From positions 32,001 to 96,000 of the forward strand of contig JAZLKX010000028.1 of NCBI GenBank assembly GCA_045597865.1: 64,000 nucleotides of DNA, in the 5' to 3' direction. Below, piece after piece: positions 53,779-63,015 of this stretch. The translations under genes were made by a program, and so were the position numbers. This DNA comes from Bacilli bacterium. GTDB taxonomy: Bacteria > Bacillota_I > Bacilli_A > RFN20 > CAG-826. The notes under the pieces are model-generated. The model made no database searches and was not told where the DNA came from. It saw nothing but the letters and a program-made list of their open reading frames with translations. Position 1 is the stretch's first letter. The number at the start of each line of letters is the position of its first letter.

Positions 53779-53802
53779 AATAGTTAATTTTAAGGACTAA
53801 TT

Positions 53803-54303
53803 TTAATCCTGTTTTCTAACGTATGTGCAAAATCTGATTGTGAAGTCTCCATCTTGCATTGGAATGCCTTCATCGATACATTCGAATGCTGGATCAAGAT
53901 CAAGATTTGGGAAGAAAACTTCAGCCTCTCCATCAGCATCAACCTTGGTCAAAAGTACCTTGTCAACGTATGGTAAAGTTTGACGATAAATGGATGCTCC
54001 ACCGATAACGTAAACATCTTCATTTTTACCAAAATCCTGGAGAATTTGTAGGAATTTTTCAAAATTATGGATGTTTTCGACACCATCGTAATTATGAGTT
54101 GGATCACCGCTTAGGACGAAATGTTCACGGTTTCCAAGTGGCTTACCTCCAGGGAAAGAGAGCAAGGTATTTTCACCTAAGAAAACCTTGTGGCCTCTTG
54201 TCTCAAGTCTGAAATGTTTCATGTCGAGAGGCAAGTTAAAAAGAAGGCCGTTTTTCTTGCCGATACCATATTTGTTGTCAACACATAAAATTGAAATAAT
54301 CAT
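53803..54303 (-). CDS. folA: Dihydrofolate reductase
   Basis: GIGKKNGL, DMKHFR, GKPLGNR, VIGGASIY, FFP; downstream of thyA. Confidence 0.95.
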   Translation of the reverse strand: MIISILCVDNKYGIGKKNGLLFNLPLDMKHFRLETRGHKVFLGENTLLSFPGGKPLGNREHFVLSGDPTHNYDGVENIHNFEKFLQILQDFGKNEDVYVIGGASIYRQTLPYVDKVLLTKVDADGEAEVFFPNLDLDPAFECIDEGIPMQDGDFTIRFCTYVRKQD

Positions 54304-54304
54304 A

Positions 54305-55135
54305 TTAAATAGCCACCGGAATCTTTTCTTCTAATTTTTCGTATTCATAGTCTACGAGTTCGAAGTCTTCAACTTTGAAATCATAGAAATTTTTAACATT
54401 TGGATTAACTTTTAAGGTTGGTGCCTTATGTTGAGGTTTTGCGATAACTTTCTTAACTAAATCAACGTGTCTATCATAGATGTGTGCATCTGCAATAACA
54501 TGTACGAGTGTACCAGGTTTTAAACCAGAAACTTGAGCAAACATTATTAATAATAATGAATATTGTAAAACGTTCCAGTTATTTGCAGTTAACATGTCGT
54601 TACTTCTTTGATTTAAAATGCCGTTTAATGTATCTCCAGTGACATTAAATGTCATTGAGTAAGCACATGGATAAAGATGCATTTCATGAAGATCTTGGAA
54701 GTTATAGATGTTTGTCATAATTCTTCTTGATTGAGGATTGTGTTTTAAATCATAAAGAACTCTATCAACTTGATCAAAGTCTCCTTCAGGATAATGATGT
54801 TTAACTCCTAATTGGTATCCATAGGCTTTGCCTATTGAACCAGTTTCATCAGCCCAGCTATCCCAAATATGAGATTTCAAATCATGAATGTTATTGGATT
54901 TCTTTTGCCAAATCCAAAGAAGTTCATCTAAACATGACTTAAATGCTGTTCTTCTAATAGTTAAAATTGGTAATTCTTCTTGTAAGTTGTAACGGTTAAC
55001 AATACAGAATTTCTTGATTGTATGAGCAGGTGTCCCGTCTTCCCAATGTGGTCTAACTGGAAGCTTCTCATCTGAAAAACCAGTCTCAAGAATTTCCTTC
55101 ATGTTTGCTACAAAAATTTCATCTGCACGTGACAT
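54305..55135 (-). CDS. thyA: Thymidylate synthase ThyA
   Basis: ELLW, IWDSWAD, GKAYGYQ, SRR, LYPCA, QRSND, DAHIY. Confidence 0.97.
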   Translation of the reverse strand: MSRADEIFVANMKEILETGFSDEKLPVRPHWEDGTPAHTIKKFCIVNRYNLQEELPILTIRRTAFKSCLDELLWIWQKKSNNIHDLKSHIWDSWADETGSIGKAYGYQLGVKHHYPEGDFDQVDRVLYDLKHNPQSRRIMTNIYNFQDLHEMHLYPCAYSMTFNVTGDTLNGILNQRSNDMLTANNWNVLQYSLLLIMFAQVSGLKPGTLVHVIADAHIYDRHVDLVKKVIAKPQHKAPTLKVNPNVKNFYDFKVEDFELVDYEYEKLEEKIPVAI

Positions 55136-55271
55136 AAAAGTTATCTCCTTGGTGAATAGTATACCAGTTTATACAATAAACTCCACTGTTATCAAAACTT
55201 TTTTAATTATATTAAAGTAATAACTGTGGAGTTTTTATAGCTTTTTCGCATGACTAAAACAAAGAAAAAGC

Positions 55272-55313
55272 CGGGATTTCCCGGCAATTTCCCCGCAAAA
55301 TCGCGGATATTTT
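55272..55313. repeat. Short palindromic intergenic element/terminator, copy 1
   Basis: About 32/41 identical by manual alignment to 63016-63056; contains GCCGGG-ATTT-CCCGGC hairpin. Confidence 0.5.
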
Positions 55314-55322
55314 TAATTTTTG

Positions 55323-58300
55323 TTATTTGCAAATACTTGGCATTTCAGTGTCTAATTTTACACTAACTGATTTTCCTGGTTTATCCAAATAATTGGCATC
55401 ATAACTTGCCTTTTCTTCAGCACTCTTGTTGTTATAATAGCCGCAAATTTTTTCAAATCTTTCGTGAGCTGCTTTATAAATGTTGCTTGTTGCCCATGAT
55501 TCAGAAGTTGGCTCAATGTCAACGAGGTTAATGGTTGCATCTAATCCGATTGTAACAATTGCTTGAACTGATAATTTACCCTTAAGTTGATTGAGGTAGC
55601 AGCTTTCGTCATCGCCATTTGCAACTTTAGAACCATAAAGTTTTGCATCAAGAGATTTGAGGGCGGAAATACCACTGACTCTGTCAAGGTTCATTCCAAT
55701 ATCCCATTCATACTTGTTATTTGCGACATCGATTTTGTCGACAAATCCATTTTCTTTGAACATGGATTCATAATCTGCAACACCTGCTCCAGTATCGAGA
55801 TTAATCTTACCAACTTGAGAGGCAAGGGTGTCTCTAAAGTCAAGGACGCCTGCAAGTAAGTATTGAGCAATATTGTCAACAAATCCTTTGGATGTTGCTC
55901 TATAGTAATATTGTTCAAAACCGTGTCTGAAGGCACCAGTGTGGTTTTCATTTCTAACAATGTGGAAATAACCGCCAACATTATCAGATGAAGTTATATC
56001 GTAATGCCTTGCAGGTTCAAACAAGAACTCTGATGAAACAGTAGTAAATGCGTCGTTAGAAGCAATAATAATGTATGGAATGTCTTTAAAGACACCATAA
56101 ACTTTTGTATCTTCACCAACAACTTCGATATAGAAATCTAACTTAATTTTGACTAAATCAATAACTGACAAGTTAATTGTTACATCTGCTGTTAAGTGGT
56201 AACAGTTAAGTTCGGTTGATTCAATACCAAATTGAACAAGTGTTGCAAGTGATGAGAAGTTCATGAATGTGTCTTCTACATTAACTGGATTTTCCATTTC
56301 TGGATCGAAATCTTGTAATGTAATCTTAAGATTAACGACTTTGTTTCCTAATGTTTCATTCAAAACAAGATTAATGATTTCGATAGATTCAAGTTGTTTA
56401 ACTTCATTTACAACTTTGAAGTTGAGGTGAATCTTCATATCTTCTTCAACAAAGCCTGCGAAGAGATCTTTTGATAAATCAAGCTCTAAATATGTTCCTT
56501 CGATATTTTGTGCAATCTTATGAACAAAGCCTGATCCTGCAAGTCTTAAATAGTCTTTTCCTGCAATAATTTGTCCAATAGCAGATTCATAAATAATCTT
56601 AATGATTGGATCTAAGAATTTCATAAATCTACGATCTTGTTTTTCAATAACTCTCATGACAACTGCAATGATGTCATCTAAAGATGAAACTTGTAATTTA
56701 CCTTTAAGTTTTCCGGTTGGACCGTAAACAAGTTTCATATCATTGTCTTCTTCATTATTTGAAGTGTTGTTAACAAAAATACTGATTGGATGTGTTTCAG
56801 ATTTTTCTGCAACATTTTCTGCGTTTTTGTGGTTGTAGATATTAATATCTCCAAAGCCCCACTTTTCGCCATAATCAAGTTGTCCTTTTCCTTCAAATGA
56901 CATACCTAATTGGTCTTGACCAAGTAATGAGCCTTCGAGTTTAAAACCAGTTTGTTTAGAATCAAGGATTTGTGTAACTTGATCAAAAACACCCGAGACA
57001 AAGTCTAATGGTTGATAATTATCTTTATCTTCTAAAACTGCATCAATATTTGTTTTTTCATATGGTCTAGTAGTTAAGTCGAGTTGGAAAATACCTTCTG
57101 CCATTTGAATATCTGAACACTTCAATGAAGTGACACCTGTTTCTCCATTTTGTGTTGCACCTAAAGTAAGTTCAACTTTGGAGTTTTCACCAAGACCAAG
57201 TGAACTTAAATTTAATTTAAGATCTAAGCCTTCTTCTAAGGAAGAGATGGATTCAAGAACATCAATAATTCCTTCGTAATGTCCGGCTTTAATGTCTTCG
57301 ACAAGAATTGATTTTGTGATGAAATCAAATAAGCCTTCTTCTTGTGGTTCACCACGAACTGCTCTTCTAGCTCTTTCATCAGCGTCGCCTTCAATAAGTG
57401 GGCTAACTTTATCAATGATTAAGTTAAGGGATTCAATATCCATCTTAGCTTTAATAACATCATCATTTAATGATAAGTATGCATTTTGATCTGCGTATGT
57501 AAGATTTAAGTCTGCATAGTGTTCTTCATCTCTGTTTACAGAGAGACCAATGCCAGCATTAATGTTATCAAGAAGTTTTTCAACAACAGTTTCTTCTCCA
57601 TCTTCAGATCTAGTAACTTGTTTTGTAACAATTTCTTCTTTTCTGAAGGTTTCAGCATTGATTACTTTTGGAATGTATGAAAGTAAATCAAATTGAGATA
57701 AATCAACATCAATATCTCCACTGATTTGACCGATATTTGTAACATCTTCACCAACAATTTGATCAACATTGAAATCTAAGTCAAGACCAATGGTTCTTTC
57801 GTTAATTAAATTAAAGACATCGGTAAACCAAGATTTGTAGTTAATAATTTCAATAAACGTTTTGTCTTTATAATCATGGAGACCATCATAACGTTCATCA
57901 TCGAATGCATAAACTTCATGGTCTTTAAAGATTTCAAGGCTTACTGAACCTGAAATGCTAACATTTCCAATATTAACACTTACAAGGTCTGCACCAAGTA
58001 AATCATTGGTTTCTTTATCAAGATAAAGTGCAAGCTTAATTGGATCTTCTCCTTCGCCTAAAGCGATAGATAAATCTACTTCTACTTTTTTCTCATCAAA
58101 ATCTTTTTCTTCGGTTTCAAGACCAAGTCCACCGCCACCAGACATAAGTGAACCAATATCAAAATCGCTAAGTAAACCATCAATAACACTATCAATATCA
58201 AAATCGATACCTAAACCTTCTTCTTCAGAAACACTAGGATTGAAGAATAATGTGTTAAGGTGATCAAATAAATCTTGTGTAGAGTTATGGCTTGATTTGA

Positions 58301-58733
58301 GATATAAATCTTGGAATGCAAGATAGAAATCTCTGCCTATGTAGCCTATGGCTAAATCAACAGTTTTTGTGTTGTATTCAACACCTAAATCTAAAGTAAC
58401 ATCAAAATCATTGATGCTTTCCATTGAAAGAGCTAAGGAACCATCAATAGTAACTTCGTTATCTGGCCATTCAATCTTAAGTGAATCGATAGAGCCAACA
58501 ATACCTTCTAATTTTTCATCTGAATCAACATCGACTGCATTCATAAGTCTTGAAACAAACTTTGAAAAGTGTGTTTCTTCAGGTGTTTCAATTTCAGGTT
58601 CGTCAAAGACGATATTTCTAATTCTACCTGGAACAAGGAAAAATGTGGCAGCTAAACCTGCTGCGAATGCAAGAAAGCCTGATCCAATACGAATCGACCA
58701 TTTTTTAATTTTTTGTTTCTTTTCTTTTGTCAT
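55323..58733 (-). CDS. Large acidic beta-rich hypothetical protein with N-terminal membrane anchor
   Basis: 1136-aa ORF, basic N-terminus plus TM, internal degenerate repeats; ATGA overlap with upstream gene. Confidence 0.85.
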   Translation of the reverse strand: MTKEKKQKIKKWSIRIGSGFLAFAAGLAATFFLVPGRIRNIVFDEPEIETPEETHFSKFVSRLMNAVDVDSDEKLEGIVGSIDSLKIEWPDNEVTIDGSLALSMESINDFDVTLDLGVEYNTKTVDLAIGYIGRDFYLAFQDLYLKSSHNSTQDLFDHLNTLFFNPSVSEEEGLGIDFDIDSVIDGLLSDFDIGSLMSGGGGLGLETEEKDFDEKKVEVDLSIALGEGEDPIKLALYLDKETNDLLGADLVSVNIGNVSISGSVSLEIFKDHEVYAFDDERYDGLHDYKDKTFIEIINYKSWFTDVFNLINERTIGLDLDFNVDQIVGEDVTNIGQISGDIDVDLSQFDLLSYIPKVINAETFRKEEIVTKQVTRSEDGEETVVEKLLDNINAGIGLSVNRDEEHYADLNLTYADQNAYLSLNDDVIKAKMDIESLNLIIDKVSPLIEGDADERARRAVRGEPQEEGLFDFITKSILVEDIKAGHYEGIIDVLESISSLEEGLDLKLNLSSLGLGENSKVELTLGATQNGETGVTSLKCSDIQMAEGIFQLDLTTRPYEKTNIDAVLEDKDNYQPLDFVSGVFDQVTQILDSKQTGFKLEGSLLGQDQLGMSFEGKGQLDYGEKWGFGDINIYNHKNAENVAEKSETHPISIFVNNTSNNEEDNDMKLVYGPTGKLKGKLQVSSLDDIIAVVMRVIEKQDRRFMKFLDPIIKIIYESAIGQIIAGKDYLRLAGSGFVHKIAQNIEGTYLELDLSKDLFAGFVEEDMKIHLNFKVVNEVKQLESIEIINLVLNETLGNKVVNLKITLQDFDPEMENPVNVEDTFMNFSSLATLVQFGIESTELNCYHLTADVTINLSVIDLVKIKLDFYIEVVGEDTKVYGVFKDIPYIIIASNDAFTTVSSEFLFEPARHYDITSSDNVGGYFHIVRNENHTGAFRHGFEQYYYRATSKGFVDNIAQYLLAGVLDFRDTLASQVGKINLDTGAGVADYESMFKENGFVDKIDVANNKYEWDIGMNLDRVSGISALKSLDAKLYGSKVANGDDESCYLNQLKGKLSVQAIVTIGLDATINLVDIEPTSESWATSNIYKAAHERFEKICGYYNNKSAEEKASYDANYLDKPGKSVSVKLDTEMPSICK

Positions 58734-59653
58734 TTTGCTGCCTCCTCATTTAATCCTTTGTAATCAATTTTTTCTGCAAGTTCTGGGAATTTCATTTCTT
58801 TCCCTGGGAAATAGTAATACATGAGGTCGTTTTCAACGCCCGCTGATACTCCAACCATTGTTGCAGTGAATTTTGAATGTTCATTCATCTTCACAATATT
58901 TAGATTCTCATCTAACCAATAGGTTAGGTCTAACAACGAGAACGTTGGATACGTTGCCAAATCAGAAATCGTCTTCATTTGGTAACGGTAGTTATATGCA
59001 CCTTTTGTTGGCTGTAAGCTAAGCGTTACTTTGTAACCATCACCGTCTTTTACAAGTTCCTGTTTTTCGACGGTGCTTGTTGCAATCAAATAGATTGCCA
59101 TGTCTGGGAGATTGCGCCCCCACGCCTCTTTGTACTCATTGTACTTGTACACAACAGGCTCGCTCTTGAATGTAGCGTGTGCATCATTACCATCTACGAT
59201 AACGTCACCGCTGCCTGTTTCATTAAATACTTTAGTATCTTCAAGTTCGCCTTCTTGTAACATACGTTTGGCAACGCCAACCATTGAAGATTTTGAGATT
59301 TGTTCTTCGAAGTATGAGTTATTTCTCTTTATTTGAACACTTCGAATGTATTGTTTAACTGCTGTATCTGCTAAACCAGTACAGAATGAAACTGAATATT
59401 CGTTTTGTTTATACTTCTCAAAGGAGTAATTAACGATTTCGAAAGGTTGAAGTTGTTCAGTAGCAGCTTTTACAGATCCTGCTTTCTCAACTGCCTTGAA
59501 TAATTCATCAGCATTTGGTTTGCAGGCTTCTGGATTAAAGCCAACAATGTTTTCGACTGGTTCAACGATGCATCTTTTGTAGATAACACCTGCTCCAGCT
59601 CCAACAACTAGTGCGCTTCCTCCAATGATTGATAACAGTACAGCCGTTTTCAT
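58730..59653 (-). CDS. Hypothetical membrane-anchored protein
   Basis: MKTAVLLSIIGG N-terminal hydrophobic helix; start moved to 59653 because a TACACT -10 lies 9 nt upstream. Confidence 0.8.
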   Translation of the reverse strand: MKTAVLLSIIGGSALVVGAGAGVIYKRCIVEPVENIVGFNPEACKPNADELFKAVEKAGSVKAATEQLQPFEIVNYSFEKYKQNEYSVSFCTGLADTAVKQYIRSVQIKRNNSYFEEQISKSSMVGVAKRMLQEGELEDTKVFNETGSGDVIVDGNDAHATFKSEPVVYKYNEYKEAWGRNLPDMAIYLIATSTVEKQELVKDGDGYKVTLSLQPTKGAYNYRYQMKTISDLATYPTFSLLDLTYWLDENLNIVKMNEHSKFTATMVGVSAGVENDLMYYYFPGKEMKFPELAEKIDYKGLNEEAAK

Positions 59654-59830
59654 AACGCATATAGTGTACACGGAAGTTGAGCGTGTGTTCTATATTGTTT
59701 GGAACCAGAAAGAGAGAGAAGAGAGTTGACTCTCAAAATCAGAGAGTTTGGAGAAAAATATTCTCCTGGTACCCACCAAAATCGCATTTTTTCATTGAAA
59801 AGGGCTGAAAATAGTGTAAAATGGTGTTGT

Positions 59831-60445
59831 ATGGAAAAATTAGATCAAATCATTGCAACGAACCTCACCTACCTAAGAAGGAGAGCCAAATTAACCCAAT
59901 TAGAGTTCGGGGAGAAGTTCAATTATAGCGACAAAACCGTCTCAAAATGGGAAATGGGCACAGTAATTCCAAGTGTCGAAACTTTAAAACAAATTGCTGA
60001 TTTTTATGGTGTCTCACTTGACTATATTTGCACACAACACAAGTCATCAAAAGACTATGAATCTGAAAAAGGAAAAGTTGTTAAGCCACAAGAAAAGATG
60101 ATCTTCATGGCATTGTTCGTTAGTGTCATTTGGTTTATTGCAGCTGTTGTTTATGCAGTTGGCTATATGAGACTCGGTACAGCAGACTCAGCACAAAATA
60201 CTTGGTGGGTCGCCTTTATTTACGCTGTTCCAGTTTCATTCATGGTTTTGGCATACTTTGTTACCAGATATTTCAAAGGTTCAAAATGGTCATACATTTT
60301 CTTCTCTGCATTCATCTGGTCACTTCTCGGATCCATTTATGCAAACCTATTTGTATTAGGTTCTAATTACTGGTTCTTGTTCCTTATTGGTGTACCTGCG
60401 CAAGCGTCTATTATCTTATTAAGAAAGTTAAGAAAAAATAACTAA
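59831..60445 (+). CDS. XRE-family HTH regulator with C-terminal 4-TM domain
   Basis: NLTYLRRRAKLTQLEFGEKFNYSDKTVSKWEMG..PSVETL; TTGAAA-16-TAAAAT directly upstream. Confidence 0.9.
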   Translation: MEKLDQIIATNLTYLRRRAKLTQLEFGEKFNYSDKTVSKWEMGTVIPSVETLKQIADFYGVSLDYICTQHKSSKDYESEKGKVVKPQEKMIFMALFVSVIWFIAAVVYAVGYMRLGTADSAQNTWWVAFIYAVPVSFMVLAYFVTRYFKGSKWSYIFFSAFIWSLLGSIYANLFVLGSNYWFLFLIGVPAQASIILLRKLRKNN

Positions 60446-60714
60446 AATATTCGAGAATATGAGCGAAAATCCTCCAAATTCTGGAAGATTTTTTCTTTTT
60501 TGATACCTCTAAGTGCTTGTGTTCCAATTAGTGCAAATGTATCCCCTTGAACACACCAACATGGATGAAACTTATCATCATTTCTTAGCTCTTCATACAT
60601 CAATTTAAAGCCAAGATTTTCTAAAAATTTGATCAATTCTTTTTGCTCTTTTTTGCTACTAACAAAAATGGCGTGGCCTTCTTGAAAAATTGCCTTATTA
60701 ATTTGGTTTGACAT
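60442..60714 (-). CDS. 90-aa hypothetical protein downstream of SAM riboswitch
   Basis: Strong SD TAAGGAGG before ATG at 60714 (MSNQINKAIF...). Confidence 0.7.
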   Translation of the reverse strand: MSNQINKAIFQEGHAIFVSSKKEQKELIKFLENLGFKLMYEELRNDDKFHPCWCVQGDTFALIGTQALRGIKKEKIFQNLEDFRSYSRIF

Positions 60715-60749
60715 ATATAATTTCCTCCTTATGTCTTGCCATAAAGAAG

Positions 60750-60773
60750 AACAAAGCCCATACAAGATGGGCA
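60750..60773 (-). terminator. Riboswitch expression-platform terminator
   Basis: GCCCAT-CTTGT-ATGGGC-TTTGTT; its 5' arm CCCATCT is complementary to aptamer P1 3' strand AGATGGG. Confidence 0.75.
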
Positions 60774-60788
60774 AAGTAATAAAAAAAT

Positions 60789-60874
60789 AACCCATCTACC
60801 AAGCTTTAGCACCTTACTATTTGCAGGTTGCTGACGGGTCATTGAGCTTGTCTCTCGCCGTCTCTTTATGGTGC
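60789..60874 (-). ncRNA. SAM riboswitch (SAM-I superfamily, P4-less / SAM-I/IV-like)
   Basis: CCATAAAGAG-ACGGCGAGAGACAAGCTCAATGACCCGT-CAGCAACC-TGCAAATAGTA-AGGTGCTAA...GATGG contains the AGAG, kink-turn GA/UGA, GCAACC and GGUGC core motifs. Confidence 0.88.
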
Positions 60875-60971
60875 ATATATTATATCACAAATAAGCTCCA
60901 ATTTCCATTAAATCTGGCATAGGGATTATTATTACTTACAAAACAAAAGTTTTCCGTGTATAATAAAGCCT

Positions 60972-62861
60972 ATGTACGTAATTAACCAGATTTACGGATT
61001 AGCAATCGCAGTAGTTCTATTAATATTATTCATGACTACTAGAAGACTTACCTTAAAAGGTACTTCTTCTTTCTTACGAACAATTGTTATTGTTATTATC
61101 TGTCTTTTCTTTGATGCTCTTTCCTGTGTTGCAATTAAAAACTGGTACACACCAGAAAATTCAAATGGCCTCAACTTGTTAGTCCAAGCAATATGTAAAA
61201 CATATTTAATCACGATGATTTGGGTTGGTTGGACAAACTTCTGTTACGTATGTCTTGACCTGAACTCAACCAAAAAGAAACATAATAGACTTTGTTTTAT
61301 TATGGCTGGCATTACTTTAGTAATGTCTGTAATTATTGGCGTCTTACCTATTGATGTTGTTTATATTTCAGAAAAAGAAATGTTTACACAAGGTGCTGCA
61401 GTTATTGCAACCTATGTTTGTGCTCTTTTCTTTATCTTCTCATCAATCATCGTTGCAATCTATGTCTTAAGAGTCAGAAATAGAAGACGTGGATTTGCAG
61501 TTTTGTTCTCGCACATTATTTGGATTTCTGCAGCGGGCGTACAGGCATTTAATAATGCTTTATTGCTTGTTGGCTTAGCAATGGCTGTTGGTTTGCTTAT
61601 CCTTTATATTGTTATGGAAAATCCAGACGCACACATTGATAGAGCGCTTGAATGTTATTCAAGCTCTGCCTTTAATGAGTATTTGGAGTACATTTTCGAA
61701 AAGAAAAAAGAAGTTTGTGTTCTTGATGTTTCTGTCACTTCTACATCAGCGATGGAAGGCAAAGGTGTCAACATCCAAAAAGAAGTCAAAAAATTGATCC
61801 ATTATGCTTCTAAAAATAGAAAAATTCGTATCTTTAAAACATTTAACGTTGGAATAGCTATTGTCGCTGAAAATAAAGAGATAATTATTAATGCAATTCA
61901 AGACTTAGTTAAGGTTGCTCAAGAGAAACAAGTCAGCAAAAATATCCTTATTCTTTTCATCCCAAGTCTTGAGGGTGTAAACGATACTTATAACCTTACA
62001 AGATTAATGACTTTTGCAAGACAACAATTTAGAGAAAAAACTGGAGAAATCAACGAAATTACCCTTGAATTCGTGGATAAATTCAATTCTTTAGACATTG
62101 TTAACAACGAAATTTTAAAAGCCTTAGATGATGATAGAGTCGAGGTATTTTATCAACCAATTTATAACACAAAACAAAAGACTTTTGAACTCGCAGAAGC
62201 CCTTTGTAGAATTAGAAATTCAGATGGTTCATTAATGTCTCCGGGAACTTTTATTCCTGTATCGGAATCTACAGGTTCTGTTTCGCTTTTAGGTGAACGC
62301 GTTTATAGAAAAGTATGTGATTTCTATAATGAAGATAAAATCGAAACTCTTGGTGTTCAAAATATTGACGTTAATCTATCCGCAGTACAATGCGATAATC
62401 TTGAACTTGCAAGGAAGTTTGCAGACATCGCAAAAGAAAAAGGAATTGCTCCGAGCATGATTTCATTTGAAATTACTGAAACAGCATTCTCCTCAGTAAA
62501 AGCAAATATGTTAAACAATATGAATCAATTAATTGATTCTGGTTTCGAATTTGCACTTGATGACTTTGGTAAAGGTGCTTCTAACCTTATGTACGCAATT
62601 GAGATGCCTGTTAAAGTTATTAAACTCGACATGGAACTCACACAACTCTTTATGAAAGACGAGAAAGCAAAAGCTGTTGTTAATGCAATTATTAAGATGT
62701 CACACGATATGAATCTTAAGGTTGTATCAGAAGGTGTAGAAACAAAAGAGCAAGTTGATATCATTGCAAAGGCTGGTATTGACTATATTCAAGGCTTCTA
62801 CTTCTCAAAACCACTACCAAAACAAGAATATTTAGAGTTCTTGAAAGGACATCAAAAATAG
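60972..62861 (+). CDS. Membrane-bound EAL c-di-GMP phosphodiesterase (about 7 TM, degenerate GGDEF, EAL)
   Basis: YQPI, AEALCR, VNLS, EITET, LDDFGKG, KLD, EGVET, QGF all present. Confidence 0.92.
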   Translation: MYVINQIYGLAIAVVLLILFMTTRRLTLKGTSSFLRTIVIVIICLFFDALSCVAIKNWYTPENSNGLNLLVQAICKTYLITMIWVGWTNFCYVCLDLNSTKKKHNRLCFIMAGITLVMSVIIGVLPIDVVYISEKEMFTQGAAVIATYVCALFFIFSSIIVAIYVLRVRNRRRGFAVLFSHIIWISAAGVQAFNNALLLVGLAMAVGLLILYIVMENPDAHIDRALECYSSSAFNEYLEYIFEKKKEVCVLDVSVTSTSAMEGKGVNIQKEVKKLIHYASKNRKIRIFKTFNVGIAIVAENKEIIINAIQDLVKVAQEKQVSKNILILFIPSLEGVNDTYNLTRLMTFARQQFREKTGEINEITLEFVDKFNSLDIVNNEILKALDDDRVEVFYQPIYNTKQKTFELAEALCRIRNSDGSLMSPGTFIPVSESTGSVSLLGERVYRKVCDFYNEDKIETLGVQNIDVNLSAVQCDNLELARKFADIAKEKGIAPSMISFEITETAFSSVKANMLNNMNQLIDSGFEFALDDFGKGASNLMYAIEMPVKVIKLDMELTQLFMKDEKAKAVVNAIIKMSHDMNLKVVSEGVETKEQVDIIAKAGIDYIQGFYFSKPLPKQEYLEFLKGHQK

Positions 62862-62862
62862 T

Positions 62863-63000
62863 ATGAAAAAAGAGAAGAAAAACGAGGCACCAAGAACTAT
62901 CTCAAAAGCCGATCAAGATATGATTGATGAACTCGATTACGAGTATAAAAAAGCCCACAAGCCTTATGACAAGTGGGAGAGACATTGGGACGAAGCTTAA
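62863..63000 (+). CDS. Small charged hypothetical protein (45 aa)
   Basis: MKKEKKNEAPRTISKADQDMIDELDYEYKKAHKPYDKWERHWDEA; starts 1 nt after EAL stop, AAAGGA upstream. Confidence 0.5.
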   Translation: MKKEKKNEAPRTISKADQDMIDELDYEYKKAHKPYDKWERHWDEA

Positions 63001-63015
63001 TCGTCCCTTTTATTT

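Noticed and set aside
59699-59830. Longer N-terminus for the XRE regulator
   Set aside because: The upstream TTG frame runs through the promoter region; the HTH begins right after ATG 59831
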